DNA of 64,000 nucleotides from Amoebophrya sp. A120 (GCA_905178155.1 CAJINV010000005.1:9021222-9085221), one strand, 5' to 3'. Positions 13,206-26,365 are shown, counted from the first letter of the stretch. Notes: a model not told the origin generated them from the letters alone. A program made the numbers and translations.

Positions 13206-13464
13206 TATCAAGTGCAAAAATGTCTGGGTCTGCAAGATTTATAGATTTGTCATGCTTGTCTAGCATAACCAAAAAGTTTGTGATGCGTGTCCAAGGAGAG
13301 ATCCTCTTGCCTGTCATGCAAAAACGCAGTTTGTCATGCGAAAAACGCAACGCAAAGAAGCGCAGATATTTATTCTCATTCTTGCCTGTGCATTACAGGA
13401 CATTCACTATTCCCAGCAACGTAGCATTACAAGTTTCCAGACCCAGACATTTTTGCAGTTGGTA
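13206..13464. mobile_element. Introner family A (probably in a 5' UTR)
   Basis: TIRs; DR ttgca/ttgca. Confidence 0.88.
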
Positions 13465-14499
13465 TTGCAACTTCGTAACCCGATGCTGCGCGACTCGTTC
13501 TCAGGATGAAATCTTATGGTGATTTTTGCGGTATTTTCCACCGCCCCAGGCGTCGCTCACCGTTCGACCCCTGCGGACATGATTTGATCAACCGAAATGC
13601 TTTCTTGTCAAACTGGCGCTTGCTCTTGTTTCAGAAGTACTTATTCTCGTCTTATGCAGCGCCGCATATTAAGCTCGGACTACGGCGGCACAGATGAAAA
13701 CCAGAACACGTCGTCCTCTGCTGCGCAAGCACAGTCTGCTCCGTTTGCGCTCTCCCTCTGTCTCCTCAGCGTGGAGGTCTCTCGTTAGAATAATACAGTT
13801 CTGATTGACACGAATAGTTGTACACTCAACTTCTAAAACTTGTGCTCCACCTGGGCACGTTGCTCTCGGGATATGAACCACTCCTACTCTTGTGGTGTTG
13901 CTTCGGACGGCATGCTGGTAGGCCTCCGTACTTCTTCCAACTTCGTGGTGCAACTGTGACCTCGAGATGCAACTTCTGCGCCTCAGAGTAGAATAAAACG
14001 GCCTACATGTCCCAAACGCGACAGGGCAGAGAAGCCTGTAGGTGATGTGCCAAGGCTTCAAAAGCAACAAAAGCTGTGCTGATTTCGATCCTTTATCTTT
14101 GTTCATGGTTGAGTGTCCAAGTCGAATTGTTTCTGCCCAAGATTTTTCTTTTATAAACTTTCCTATGTAGTACTACTCTTCAAGGTGATACTGAAACTTT
14201 TGGCATTTTTCAACGAGAATTATGCAGCTGCCAATCAAACTCATCAAAAGCGCGAACATTGGGTATGTAACTAACACTTCGTATGGAAATCTCAAAAACA
14301 AAACTTTCAGTCGTTTATGTACACATCGTTCACTTTTACTCAACAAGCTGTAGTTCTTTTCAACTTCTACTTTAACCATGTCGGAGGAGCGCCGTGGCTC
14401 CATTGCATTTCGATGCTGACAATGTTGTACTCATAATTTTTCTCACAATACAGTTACAGATAGTTACTGTCAGTGTTCCATGCAAATAAACTTCTGCTG

Positions 14500-17400
14500 T
14501 GTAGATCTTCTTTTCTTCTTTACGTAAAAAGCAGTACTAACCCCCGTCGGGTGGTCGGCTGGACCTCGACGTGGTGCCGAGTCTGCATGACAAGTTTTTA
14601 ACAACAGAAGCCCCGCCGTCGAGTGTAAGTACTTCTTAATCCACCCCGTTCTCGTTGCGGCTGCTGTTGGTCGAGCTCCGCTGCTCAGAGGAGAGCAAGA
14701 AGCTCAAACTTGTTGGTATGCCTTGCTCAGATGTTACTATCTCAAACGTTGCAGTAGAATATGGCCATCTGTGATGCAAGAAGTGCATGATCTAGCCTAC
14801 TCCCATAGGACTGCGCATGACACGTTCCGGCGTGGTCCCAAACCGCGCTACACAACTCTGGCGACATTTGTATTGCACAAAGTCGAACACTTTGCGAGTC
14901 TGTCATGCTCATTATGCAAGACAGATTCCAGATTCTAGTGTAACGTTTGAGATTGTAACACCTGAGCGGGTTATAGTCGGCGCCGCGGTGGTCTGGGTCG
15001 GGTTATTGTTCATACCAGCATCGTTCTTGAACATGGACACCGGCGCGTTGGGATTCATCGCGACAAAACCTGGCTGGTACTGCTGCTGTAACTGTTGAAA
15101 TTGCTGGTGCTGCATCACGCTCGGTGACTGTGGTTGCGAGTACCTGGGATGAATTAGTTCGCGCAATCGGTTTGACCGACAAGCAGTAACTTCTCCTACC
15201 TCGTCCACGCAGCGAGCAAGAGAGCAGTGAACAACATGAGACGAGGGTTGATGTACTTGCTACGCATCATGCCCCGCATCACACGACCAGAAAGGAAGCA
15301 GTAAACAGCTTCTTAGGTATGAGTAACTACTTAACTACCCGACGGCCTGCTGGGCGGACGAAGAAGCACCCATCATCGGTTGCTGCAAAAACATCGCGTG
15401 CTGCTGGTTGTTTCCAGCTGTCCCCGTTACCGGCGACTCCACCACAAATCCCGGATTCCTCTGCCGGGTGGGGGTCGTGCCGGCGTTGTTGATCGGTTGC
15501 TGTAGCTGCATGTTGGTCGGTTGTGGCATTAGTTGCTGGTGCTGCGAGTGCTGCATTAAAACGCCGCCCGGATTAGAAGAAGTGTTCATCATGTGCACCA
15601 TCGCAGCAGGATTACTGTTCATCCCATGAAGTTGTCCATTCACGCTCGCGGATACGAACTGCTTCTCCAGCCCCTCCATCTGCGCGCCCAACCGGGTCTC
15701 CACCTCCGTCAGCTTCGCGGTGAGTTGCAACAGTTTGCTATCCCCCTTCTCCTGCTTGGTGCCCTGTTTCTTGCTGCTATCTTCAAATTTGGTTTCTATC
15801 CTGATTAAAAACGTCCCCACACCAGAGTCAAGATGGGGATTTTGCAACACAAACCTAGGGGCTTTGGGAGTCACGCATGACAAGTTTCAGTCCGTAAGGT
15901 AGTGCAAGTTAGCAAGGAAAGCCGCATCACAAATCGATCTGCTGGTCCTGTTTACAGCATTACAAGTTCCCAAACATGATTGAAAATGTCTGTCATGGGG
16001 TTGCGCATCACAAATGTTCCTGTCATGGCAAATCTGCATGACAACTCTGGTGTGGGGACGTTTTTACACAGGATAGTTTCCAGTTCCGTGTTTGTCTTTT
16101 CGATTTTCTCAAAAATCTCTAGAAGTGCACAAATCCCCCTCCCCCTCATTTGTATGGCATGAACAGCAATACAAACACCAGCGCACATGGAGCCTATGCA
16201 TGACAAATCGGAATCTAAGTACTTACCTTATGTAGTCCTGATTGGGCTCCCGGAATTTGTCATGCATAACAGTGTTACAAGGGAACAACTGGCTTTGGGA
16301 TTTTGCATGAGAAATGAGAACGAGGGGGAGTTGTGCACTGTCATAAAATCTGCTCGGAAAATTTTCCAAACACCTCCGGGATGACGTTCATTTCCAGTTT
16401 TTCGCACTTCGCGGCCAGAGACTGGATATGCATTGCAACAGCATCGTAGCCTAATGAAAACTGCAATACAACTTGGCAGCTCAGCATACGAATTTGTAAC
16501 GCGGATTTACGTTAACAACTAGATTTGTGATGCAAAACTACAATTAGCAGTTTTTTAGTACGATGCTTTTGTAACGCATACTGTAGTTTGTCAGACAGTT
16601 CCTGCTCCTTGAAGAGCCGCAGTTGGTCGTCGACAAATTTTCGCACCTTGGTGTTATCAAATGCGAAAATGTCTGGGTCTGGAAGACTGCGAGATTTGTC
16701 ATGCTTGTCTGGCATGACCACGAAGTTTGTGATGCGTGTCCAAGAAGAGACGCCCTTGCCTGTCATGCAAATAAAACGCAGCTTGTCATGCGAAAAACGC
16801 AACACAAAGAAGCGCAGATATTTCTCATGCTTGGCTGTGCATTACAGAGCATTCACTACTCTCAACGCAGCATTACAAGTTTCCAGACCCAGATCGATAT
16901 TTGCATTTGATAAGTGTTCATTTCTTGTAAGTTGCTGTTCAAGTGGGCGATATCCTGGGAAACCGCGATCTCGACCGCTTTTTCCGTGGAAGATTGCCGC
17001 TTTTCCATCTGTTTCACCTTGTTCAGGAATTGTTGTTCCAATTTTGAATCGATCGCTTCGAGTTTCAAACCTTGTTCCTTGCTCGCCTTTTCCAAATTTC
17101 GCATATTACAGTGAAACATGCCCCCTCCCCATATCAAAACGCAAATCTGTGATGCAGATTTGTGGTCACAAATCAGCTTTGTGATGCTGGAAGGCAAAAG
17201 ATGCGGACTGTAGTGCTGCCTAGCGTGGGGAAGCCTTGCAGCTCCAGGATGACAGGAGGCAACTGGAAGTGGAAAAAAGCATGACAGATTGCCTGCAATT
17301 TGGGGCGCAGCTTCGTCTCTTGGCCTTCTAGCAATACAAGTCGATTTGTGTACTCAAATACAGCATCACAAATTCCGTTTCCGATATGGGGTGGACGCTT

Positions 17401-20400
17401 TTTTCACTTTGATATCGCAGGTCGTGCTTCTCCACTTGCTGGATGGAGTTCTGCAGTTTCTTCACGTTCTGATTCAGGGAATTGCTCAAGTCCGTTTGGT
17501 ATGCATTGCAAATATGTCTGGGTCTGGAAAAATGCTAGGTTTGTCATGCCGTGCTAGCAGGACTGTCAAGTCTGTTATGCAAGGTACCCAAAACTGCCAC
17601 TTTTGTGCCAACATGCAAAAACCAAGTTTCTGATGCAGAATAGGCAACACCTAGCGACTCAAAAACCTGTCATGCTGAGCCGTCACTTCTGGCGTTCTCT
17701 TGCTTCGCCAACCAGCATCACAAGTTTCCAGACATCCAGGAAGAATTGCATTTCATATTTGGTTCTTCGAGATTTCCTCGGCGAACTTCGCCTCGACGTT
17801 ACTGCCCCAATCCTGGAATTCGTTGGTCATCTGCAGTTTCACATGCTCAATCGCCTGGTTGATCTCTTCCACAATTTTTTGCCGTATGGGAGTGAAGAAT
17901 CTGCGAGCAGGTTGAGGGCTTTTAACATCCGTTGCAGAGTAGTGTGCTGGAACGCGCGCATGACAGAACGGGGCTCTCATGCAAAGGATGCTACACAAAA
18001 CCTACGACAAAAAACATCTCCATCCCATACGCAGTTTCGAAGTCTGGTCGGACTGCTTTTCCTCGATCAGATCGGTGATCTCGGCGTTTTATGCATTGCA
18101 AATACGTTTCGGTCTGGATTTGTGATGCAGAATTGCAAAGTTTAGCAGGATCTCTATTGTCGATGAACAGGACTGGCTAGTAGTAGTTTTTTCGTCGTGC
18201 TGGAAGGTAGTTTGTAATGCGACTTAGGAAGTAAAGAACCGTAATATGAAGCTGCCTCGCAAAACTTGTCATGCAGTAGTGAAGTACAAAGCCCCTCAGA
18301 AGTCTCATGCAAGACTCAGCAACACAAATTCTTTGCATCGTTCGAGACAAAGATCGCTATTTGCATTCGATACGTTCAGCTGCAGTGCGTTGGACTCGTG
18401 TTGCCGCAGCGAATCTTGCAGCCGGTTCTCGGACAGTTTGACCTGATAGTGTGTCGTTGTCATGCAGGATGAGCATGAGAAACACCTTTACATTTGCGAA
18501 TTCAGCATCACAAAGCCTGCTGCGAAGAAATCCGACTTTAGCTACTTCCACTATTGTACCTTCTCCATCTCCTCCACCACGGAATCCAATTTGAAGTCGA
18601 TCTGCTGGTGCAGATTGTTGCTCGATTTCTTCAATTCGGAGTAAAACAGCTGTTTGTTTCCCTCCACCGTTTGCTGCGTCTGCTTCCAGCGAGTGTCGTT
18701 GTCCGTGTGTGCTTTCGCGATTTTCGCAGTCAAGGTGTCATTGGTCAGTTGCACCTGGTCGGCCAATTTCCCCTCGATGTGCTTCATGTCTTTCGTCAGG
18801 CCCGGTAGGATCTTGTCGAACAACTTCGTTTGCAAACTGTCGTGCGTGGTCTTCCAACTCGTGTTAGACGTCTGCAGGTTACTGTCGAAGTTCTGCTTCA
18901 CCTGCTCCAATTCGCTGCTCACTTTCAGCTGCAACTGGTTCATCGATTCCTCCGTGTCTTTCTGCAGCAAGTTGAAGTCCAGTTTGACCGGGTTTACCAA
19001 ATCGTGCTTCACGAACTCAATACTCCCCTGCACCCGCTGCTCCGTCCGCTCCCACTGTCTTTCCAGCAGTTCCTTTGCCTCCTTCCCGGCGAGTTCGAAC
19101 TTGGAAGTGAGCAACGTGTTGTATCATATGCAAAAACGTCCCCACGACCCCATAGTCAACATGGGAATCTCGCAACACAGGTCGAGAAGTTTTGGGAGTC
19201 ACGCATGACAAGTTCGTCTCTGTATTGTAGTGCAGTTTAGCGAGTGCAGCAGCATCACAAAGCCATCTACTCATCCGGTTTACAGCATTACAAATTCCAA
19301 AACGCGGCTGGAAATGCTTCTCATGGGGATGCGCACTACAGACATTCCTGCGATTGCAAATCGCCATGACAACTATCGGGTGGGGGCGTTTTTACTCAGG
19401 ATATGTTGAACTTCTTATTCACCAAATCCTGCTTCTGCTTAAACTGGTCGAAAGTGGTGAGGATATTCCCGATCTGCTATTGCAAGGAAAAATCCCCCCT
19501 CCCTTTATAAAGGCATCCGTCGCGAAATTTGTGATGCAGATTTGTGGCCACAAATCATTTTTGTCTTACAGAAAGGCAAGCGGTGAGGGATGCGCCGCAT
19601 TATGGATGCGGTTTGTCATGCTGCTTGGCCTACGGGGCAGGCGTTTCCCATGCTAAACAGCTAGACCCTTGCGCACCTAAACAGCCTAAGAATCTGCCCG
19701 CAATTCCTTACAGCGAGAGAGACCACATTTGTGTACGCAAATCCAGCATCGGAAATTTTCGCTGATTTTCTTTTGATATGGGGAGGGGGATTTTTTCCTT
19801 CTGATATCTGCGCTTCGAATTTTTCCTTCAGGATTTTCATTTCCTCCCGGACGTTTAAATCCAGCAATTTGATATGGATTGTAAAAATGTCTGGGTCTGG
19901 AAGAATGCATGTTTGTCATGCTTGTCTGGCATGACTCTCAAATCTGTCATGCACGTTACCCAAAAGCGCCATTTTTCTGTCATGCAAGTAGTAGTAGTAG
20001 TAGTACCATTTAACTCCTGGCGGGTCGGCGTGTGAACAGATTTAGCCTCTGCCAATACCTGGGCGTTAGAACAGATTTAGCCTCTGCCGATACCCCTAGG
20101 TGGAGACACGGTCCACATGCAGAAACGCAGTTTGTCATGCAGAATAGGCAGCACCTAGAAGCTCAGAAACTTGTCATGCTGAGCCAGCACTTGCGGCCTC
20201 CTCATGATACGCAGCCCAGCATCACAGGTTTCCAGACCCAGACATATTTGCAATTGATATTTGACCTCCTTCAGCAAAAATTCGTTGTTCGATTTCGCGT
20301 CCGCCTTCATTTCCACGATAATTTTGTTCTCCAGAGTCGACAACCGATCGTTCAAATCCTTGAAATCCTGGGACTGCTTCGACTCGTTCTGCTTGGAACT

Positions 20401-23400
20401 CTCGGTCAGAAAGTTTGTTTTCCGCTCCAGCAAATCTTCGATCTCATCCACCACTTTCCGGTCCAACACCCGGTCTTCCTCCATTTTGCGAAAGTTGGCG
20501 GTCAGCAGCCGGATTTTCTTCTCCATGCTATCCGTCAAATCGGTCAATTTCAGTTTGTTCTCCTTCCTCAACTCGTCTTCGGACAGCAAAATCTGCTTTG
20601 CCAGTTCTTCTTTCGACACTTGGAGTTTGATCGACAGTTCCTCGGAAAACTTTTCGTTCTTGTCGCACATCAAGTGGATCTCCTCGTCGCATTTGGTCGC
20701 CACGTCCTTGCAAAAATCAGCGTTCCACTGGCGCAGTTCCGCGTTCAGCTTTTCTATCTGGTATGGCTTGCTCAGGTGTTACAATGATTTCAAACGTTAC
20801 AATAGAGTCGGGATTTTGTATTGCATGACCAGCATGACAGACTCGTAGAGCGTTCCATTTATTTTCTGCAATAGAAATTTCAGCAGATGATTCTGGCCGG
20901 GTTTCGGACTCGAGAACTTGTCATGCGCAATCCTGTGTGAGCAGGCTAGATCATGCACTCTTGCATCACAGATTTCCATATTCTATTGTAAGGGTTGAGA
21001 CTGTAAAACCTGAGCGGGGTATATCTGGATCCCGAGCTTCTCGCAGGCGGCGTTCCGCTCGTTGGCCTCACTGGAGAGCTGCTTTTTGAGAAGCTCTATC
21101 AACTGCAAAAATGTCTGGTGTCTGGAAGAGTCGGGGCTTCTCATGCACATTTTGCATGACCCGTGAGGTCTGTGATGCTGGTGCCAACTTCTCAGAGCTT
21201 CTTGATGCTAATTACGCATGAGAAATGCCCTCTCTGCGTGCCAAGAACTGACTCCTCTTGCTGCTCATGCAACACAGACATTTTTACTTTTAGAATCCGC
21301 AGACAGTATTACAAGTTCCACTCTTCCAGACCCAGACATATTTGCAATCCATAAGCTCGAAGTTCGTCAGCATCTTCGACTCGAGGCTGCGCTGCTGATT
21401 CGTCAGCTTGGACTTGGCCGTGTGGAGGGGAAGAAGGGAGTGGGTGGAAGGGTTTTGTCATGGTAGATCTAGAAGATGCAGACGGATCTTCGAGAACTGC
21501 AGAATACCGAGGAACACCAGTCTTCACGCATACATTATCAACATCATCCTGCTCCCACCCATGCAAATCAGGAAATAAAGCATACATTGTGATTATGCTC
21601 GACAAGCGATTCTCGCATGACAAACTCCCACCACGGTCCTCTCAAGTACATTCGCATACCACGTGTCCTCAACCTCCAGAATCATGTCTCGCATGGCAAT
21701 CTCCGTTTTCCCGACCCGTTTGTTATCGACAAGAAAGATTCATGCTTTCAGGTTGTTCCCTCAACTACAAGGTACAGATCTCTATGCAGTCTGCTTCGGT
21801 TTTTCAAACGCATTTCTTCAGGTTAGTGCGCAGCGCATGACAAAGTGAAAGTCAAGATGGGGCGCATGGCAGACTTTTTTGCACAGAAGAAATGAAAATC
21901 TAGTACTGCTACCTGAAAACAATCCTTGCTTCCTCTCATACTCCTGCGTCTCCCGGTATTTTTCCTGAAACTCCTCCTTGCTGCGGAGAACCTTGGTGTT
22001 GCAGAGACGTTGTTTTCTTGCATTCACGCATGACAAACCTCCTTCTTTTTCCCTGTTCCGCGCAACAGACATCAAACCTGACGCACTATCTATCACTTTC
22101 CGCATGACAAACAAAGACAAACTCAAAGGTCGTATAAGAAAATACGTGGCTCGCGCAGTCCAGCACATCGCGGTAGAGCAGCGAAAATTTCCGCTCCTTC
22201 AACGACGCGGCATTTCCACCTCCGATATCAAATGTAAAAGTGTCTGGGTCTGGAAGATTGCCAAGTTTGGTTGGTTGGTTGGGTAGCGCCTGTCGCCGGT
22301 GCAGGTCCCGCCCTCCATCGATTGCGATCCGGAGTAGCCAGAACACAAGGCCCTAGTGGCACAATCGATCGACGAAGCCCTTTATAACCAGGTCACAGTC
22401 ATCCGGCTGCCCTGGAGTCATTCGCGGGCCAGGCAACGTCTAGGAGCTACGGATTAGGGATCTTGATAGGCGAGACAGGTCACGCATATTTTGAATTGCC
22501 CATGATGTCTGTGATGCATGCCCTAGCATCACAGATTTTCAGAAGACTTTGTGATGCCTCTACCGCATGAGAAATGCCCTCTCCACGTAGCACAAACTGG
22601 AGTGCTTCTGCTTTTGCTGGTCATGCAATACAAACTTTTTTAGAATCCAGACACAGCATTACAAGTTTAGAATCTCCCAGACCCAGACATTTTTACATTT
22701 GATATCCGACGCTGCTCGCACCGAGGTTCGCACTCAGGGTCGCGCTGTGCCCCGCGGTTTTGCGAATCGTGGCACTGCTATTCGGGAGGGAAGCCGAATT
22801 CGGGCGGTGCATTTTCGACGATAAATCGGTTGGGTAACTCGGACTGGAAGATTGTTCCCACGACGAACTCGGATTTTTTGTGTTGCTCTGCTCGTTGATA
22901 AATTCCGTATGAATTGCAAAAAATGTCTGGGTCTGGAAACTTGTGATGCTGGTTGGCGAATCAAGAGAACGCCAGAAATGACGGCTCAGCATGACAGGTT
23001 TTTGAGTCGCTTGGTGTTGCCTATTCTGCATGAGAAACTGGGTTTTTGCATGACACAAAAGTGGCGCTTTTGGGTACCTTGCATGACAGACTTGACAGTC
23101 ATGCTAGCAGAGCATGACAAACCTGGCATTTTCCCAGACCCAGACACTTTTGCAATCCATATTCCGCGATCTTGATCAATTCACCCGGAGACCGCGAAGG
23201 CGTGGCGTTCAGCGGGGACCGGGGATTTGTCTTGCTGGTTGTACTATCCGTTGCAAACATGTCTGGGTCTGGAAGATTGGGGTGTTTGGTTGGTTGGGTA
23301 GCGCCTGTCGCCGGTGCAGGTCCCGCCCTCCATCGATTGTGTTTGTCATGCAAATTGTACCTGACCCACGATGCCTGTGAAGCATTCTCTAGCATCCTAG

Positions 23401-23627
23401 CCCTCGCGAAGGCTTTCTCATGCGTATCCTGCATGAGAAATGCCCGACCCGGGTGGCAAAAATCTGAGCACCTTGTTTTGGTGGTCATGCAATACAGTTT
23501 TTTGTATGATCGAGAGCTAGCATCACAAATCCCATTCTTCCGGACCCAGACATATTTGCACTTGATATGTACCTCCGAAAGAAACGGTTTTGCTTGGAGA
23601 AGAGATCGGCTGATACCGCGAGGCCAT
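14500..23627 (-). CDS. Large coiled-coil protein with Q/N-rich C-terminus (17 introners plus GT-AG introns); stop position approximate
   Basis: Starts MASRYQPISSPSKTVSFGGT|TSKTNPRS. Heptad-rich exons (18551-19114, 20155-20703) join in frame after element removal. Exons at 21400-22100 not fully resolved. Confidence 0.7.
14717..14975. mobile_element. Introner family E
   Basis: TIRs; DR gttgg/gtcgg. Confidence 0.88.
15797..16075. mobile_element. Introner family B
   Basis: TIRs; DR gtttc/gtttc. Confidence 0.9.
16118..16345. mobile_element. Introner, minor family
   Basis: AGTGCACAA TIR core, left end TCT; DR aaatc/aaatc. Confidence 0.8.
16427..16580. mobile_element. Introner family D (TIR TATGCATTGCAAAAG.ATCGTAC-like, about 150 bp)
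   Basis: TIRs; DR ctgga/ctgta. Confidence 0.85.
16655..16912. mobile_element. Introner family A
   Basis: TIRs; DR ggtgt/agtgt. Confidence 0.9.
17104..17414. mobile_element. Introner family C
   Basis: TIRs; DR tcgca/tcgca. Confidence 0.9.
17500..17757. mobile_element. Introner family A
   Basis: TIRs; DR tttgg/tttgg. Confidence 0.9.
17885..18029. mobile_element. Degenerate introner
   Basis: TATGGGA...TCCCATA; DR tgccg/cgcag; frame restored. Confidence 0.7.
18090..18372. mobile_element. Introner, degenerate A-like
   Basis: TIRs; DR cgttt/cgttc. Confidence 0.8.
19122..19403. mobile_element. Introner family B
   Basis: TIRs; DR tgttg/tgttg. Confidence 0.9.
19478..19806. mobile_element. Introner family C
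   Basis: TIRs; DR tctgc/tctgc. Confidence 0.9.
19873..20259. mobile_element. Introner family A carrying a nested insertion
   Basis: TIRs; DR tttga/tttga. Confidence 0.9.
19987..20115 (-). mobile_element. Truncated non-LTR retroelement-like fragment with (TAC)n tail
   Basis: Flanked by a catgca target duplication; absent from sibling copies such as 45821-46072. Confidence 0.7.
20762..21023. mobile_element. Introner family E
   Basis: TIRs; DR tctgg/tctgg. Confidence 0.88.
21097..21353. mobile_element. Introner family A
   Basis: TIRs; DR agctc/agctc. Confidence 0.9.
22226..22704. mobile_element. Introner family A carrying a nested insertion
   Basis: TIRs; DR tccga/tccga. Confidence 0.9.
22270..22478 (-). 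mobile_element. Truncated non-LTR retroelement-like fragment with (CCAA)n tail
   Basis: Interrupts the TTTG^TCA motif; its tail end is identical to 23289-23338. Confidence 0.7.
22908..23161. mobile_element. Introner family A
   Basis: TIRs; DR ttccg/ttccg. Confidence 0.9.
23245..23567. mobile_element. Introner family A carrying a nested insertion
   Basis: TIRs; DR tgtac/tgtac. Confidence 0.9.
23289..23338 (-). mobile_element. Shorter (CCAA)n-tailed retro-fragment
   Basis: 7-bp target duplication gtgtttg at 23282-23288 and 23339-23345. Confidence 0.7.
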
Positions 23628-24949
23628 TTAGCTATCGCAAGAAAAAACTGCTTCACTGACGTGAACTTGTGATGCATAGAATGGAGCACAGAACTATTTG
23701 TCTTGCTACACCTGCAAGGTATTGGATTTTTAAGCGTGTTTTTCCCTTAAAGAGCGCGCATGGCAAATTTTCTGTGTCATGTGTAGCAAACTTGTGAAGC
23801 GAATCTTGCAAAACCATCACAGTGAAACAGTTTTTTCGTGGGATATTATCGGGATGAACAGTTTTAATCAGTCTTCAAACCTCGTCAATTTTTCCGTCTT
23901 ACTAGTCAAGTAGATGATAGGAAGGAAAAACTATCTTCAGCAGGAGTTTCGTGGTTTTGTTGTGAACCGCCTTAAACACACTAGAAGAGCTGAGAAAATA
24001 CATGGCACTCCCTTGCGCATGCGCGGCACCCGTGATCATAGACAGAAAAAAAACAAGTGTGCCGTCTGGATAGATACGCATACTTTTCTGTTTGCTGATA
24101 AACCGACAACAGGGACCGAATCCTAACACGTCTTAGCGAAAGAAAAAAACATTCCAGGTAAGATTGCAAAACCGTCGTCACAACCGATGATATTCAACAT
24201 TAACACACCGAGTGCGATGTTAATCCATGCACGCGGCAAGAAGAAAAAACAAGAGCACGACGACACCTGCATTGGCAAAAGATTCTTTCACCTGCATCGA
24301 CCTGGAGAGGGAAGCATCGAATCGAAATCCGAATCTCACGTCTGTGCGTGAATGCCGCAGAAGGCTGGACTTTCGTATCTCTGTGCATGTACACTACAAA
24401 AGGTCTTGATTTGAACCAGAAACGATAAAGGAAGAAGCCGAGTTTCAGGAACGAATGCCATGCAGTTACGTACTGAGAGAAAACAACTTTGCAAGAAAGA
24501 CAACCACCGACCCGCGACCGTCTACTTAGTGGGAGGAGAGAGGAAAAAAAATGTATCAGTAGAACAGCTTCCAGCATCACATATTCTCATTCCGGTAGGA
24601 TGTCGCTTCTGGGCTCCCGTAGTTCTAATTTCTAGATCTTTCAGAAGCGAAGCAGTGGAACACGGTGGTCCCTCCAAGACCAAAAAAGAATCTCCTGACA
24701 GTTTACATTATCACAGCCTTGAGCCGAAGCTCGTTAACACGGGTGGCGCAAGGTGGTTGCTCATGTTCCTTTTTGTGTCGAACAAAGTGCCTCTTCTGCT
24801 TGCTTTTCTACTCGCTCTCGATTGCAGTAAAGAAACAACAGATTTACAGTACTCGAACTACGATACGATAATCGACAAGGAGTAGCTCGAACAGAAAGTT
24901 CCTCTGCGACATGAAAGCAAGGCATAAATCGAAAGAGCTCTAGAAAAAG

Positions 24950-25003
24950 AGCTCTGGAGAGCATTTTGTCATTGGTTTGGTACAAAGTGTAGTCTTTCCT
25001 AGT
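24950..25003. repeat. 54-bp dispersed repeat, copy 1
   Basis: Near-identical to 26312-26365. Confidence 0.85.
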
Positions 25004-25045
25004 CTCACAACAACCATCAGCCATCATCCTGCTCCATCATCTTGC

Positions 25046-26071
25046 TCACGACTTGGGGCACAATTCGCACGACTCGAAGGAGCCGGAGCCGCGGCATATT
25101 TCTTCATCCACCGCATATTTTTCTGCTTTCGCTTCGGCCACGGCTTCGGAGTCGTTGATATGGGTAGAAAAAGTGAAAGGGAGCGCAGCAGCGGAGTTCG
25201 TGCATTTGGCAAACGCCGTACGCTCGACCACCAGACTCCTTTGTCCGGTGCTGTCTTGATATACAGCGCGCGCAGCGGATGCCCCCGCACCAGCAGCCGT
25301 GCCCACCTGTGAAGTTTCCTGTGATCGTGGTGAACAACAAATTTGGAAACTTTCATAGAGGTTACGATCCTCAAACGTAGTGGGGTGTTACCAATTGTGA
25401 ATTGCAGTATTGCGCGTATATTGGGTTCACAAACAAACCTGACATCGTGCAATCAAAAGTCCATCATCATTCCAGCATCGGTGTTCTTGTTTCCTTCATC
25501 GTGTTTACGTTCTCATGATGTAGCTGCTTACTTTTAGTTTTTGTGCGTACGATGCTATTGCGCTACTACGAGAAATGTACGATGTTCCGACTAAAATTGC
25601 TCTGCACGAATACCGATAGTATGATTGCATTTTTGCACTCAAACAGAAATCAGCTGAACGTCAATACCGATGACATTCCCCCGTCTCCGTATGAAATAGC
25701 ATGTAAAATATAGTAAAAATAGTAATCCTAGTAAATATTTTAGGTGCTATTCCGAAAATGAAAGTGAAAATCCTAATGGGATATACCGCACCCCCGGCAG
25801 CCGTCGCGCACATCGCCGCAGAGGCATACGCCAAGGTTACAAGAGCCTTCTCCTTTTCCACCATTCCGACTGCAGCGGCTCCGTCACTGCCGACGACGGC
25901 TTGCAGGTCCCCGGACGACGTGCTCTCCGTTGCAATGCGGGAGGCACTAGCGCCTTCATCGGAAAACTCCGTCTCCGTGGGGGGGGTGGGGGGGGCACGA
26001 GCCCGTGCACAGACGACGCGGGAAGAGCCGCGAGCGAAAACAGCGACTTCTTGACGATGCCGAAAGCCATC
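25046..26071 (-). CDS. Small putative secreted Ala-rich protein with Cys-containing C-terminus
   Basis: MAFGIVKKSLFSLAALPASSVHG resembles a signal peptide. Frame change in a poly-G tract near 25985. Last exon follows a ttcacag acceptor (ORF 25046-25306). Confidence 0.45.
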
Positions 26072-26311
26072 TTGTTGAGAGAAGATTGCGTTGTAGTTTT
26101 TTCACTCAACAGATAATCTCTTGGAGAGCAAGAGCAAGAGCCACATAGCTGTAGTATGAATATCTTTGGAAGGACGACGAAAGCCAACCCGCGACCGCGT
26201 GTACTTATTCGGAAAAAAAAATGCGCCGGTAGAACACCAGTTTTCGGTATAACGTACTGTTACTCTGGTAGGAGAAATTCGACGCAGAGCTCCCTCCGCG
26301 TAAATCAAAAA

Positions 26312-26365
26312 AGCTCTGGAGAGCATTCTATCATTGGTTTGGTACAAAGTGTAGTCTTTCCTAGT
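26312..26365. repeat. 54-bp dispersed repeat, copy 2
   Basis: Near-identical to 24950-25003. Confidence 0.85.

Noticed and set aside
25690-25783. Degenerate introner in the small gene
   Set aside because: TAT/ATA ends are present, but the TIR and DR are too weak and the downstream frame is unresolved.
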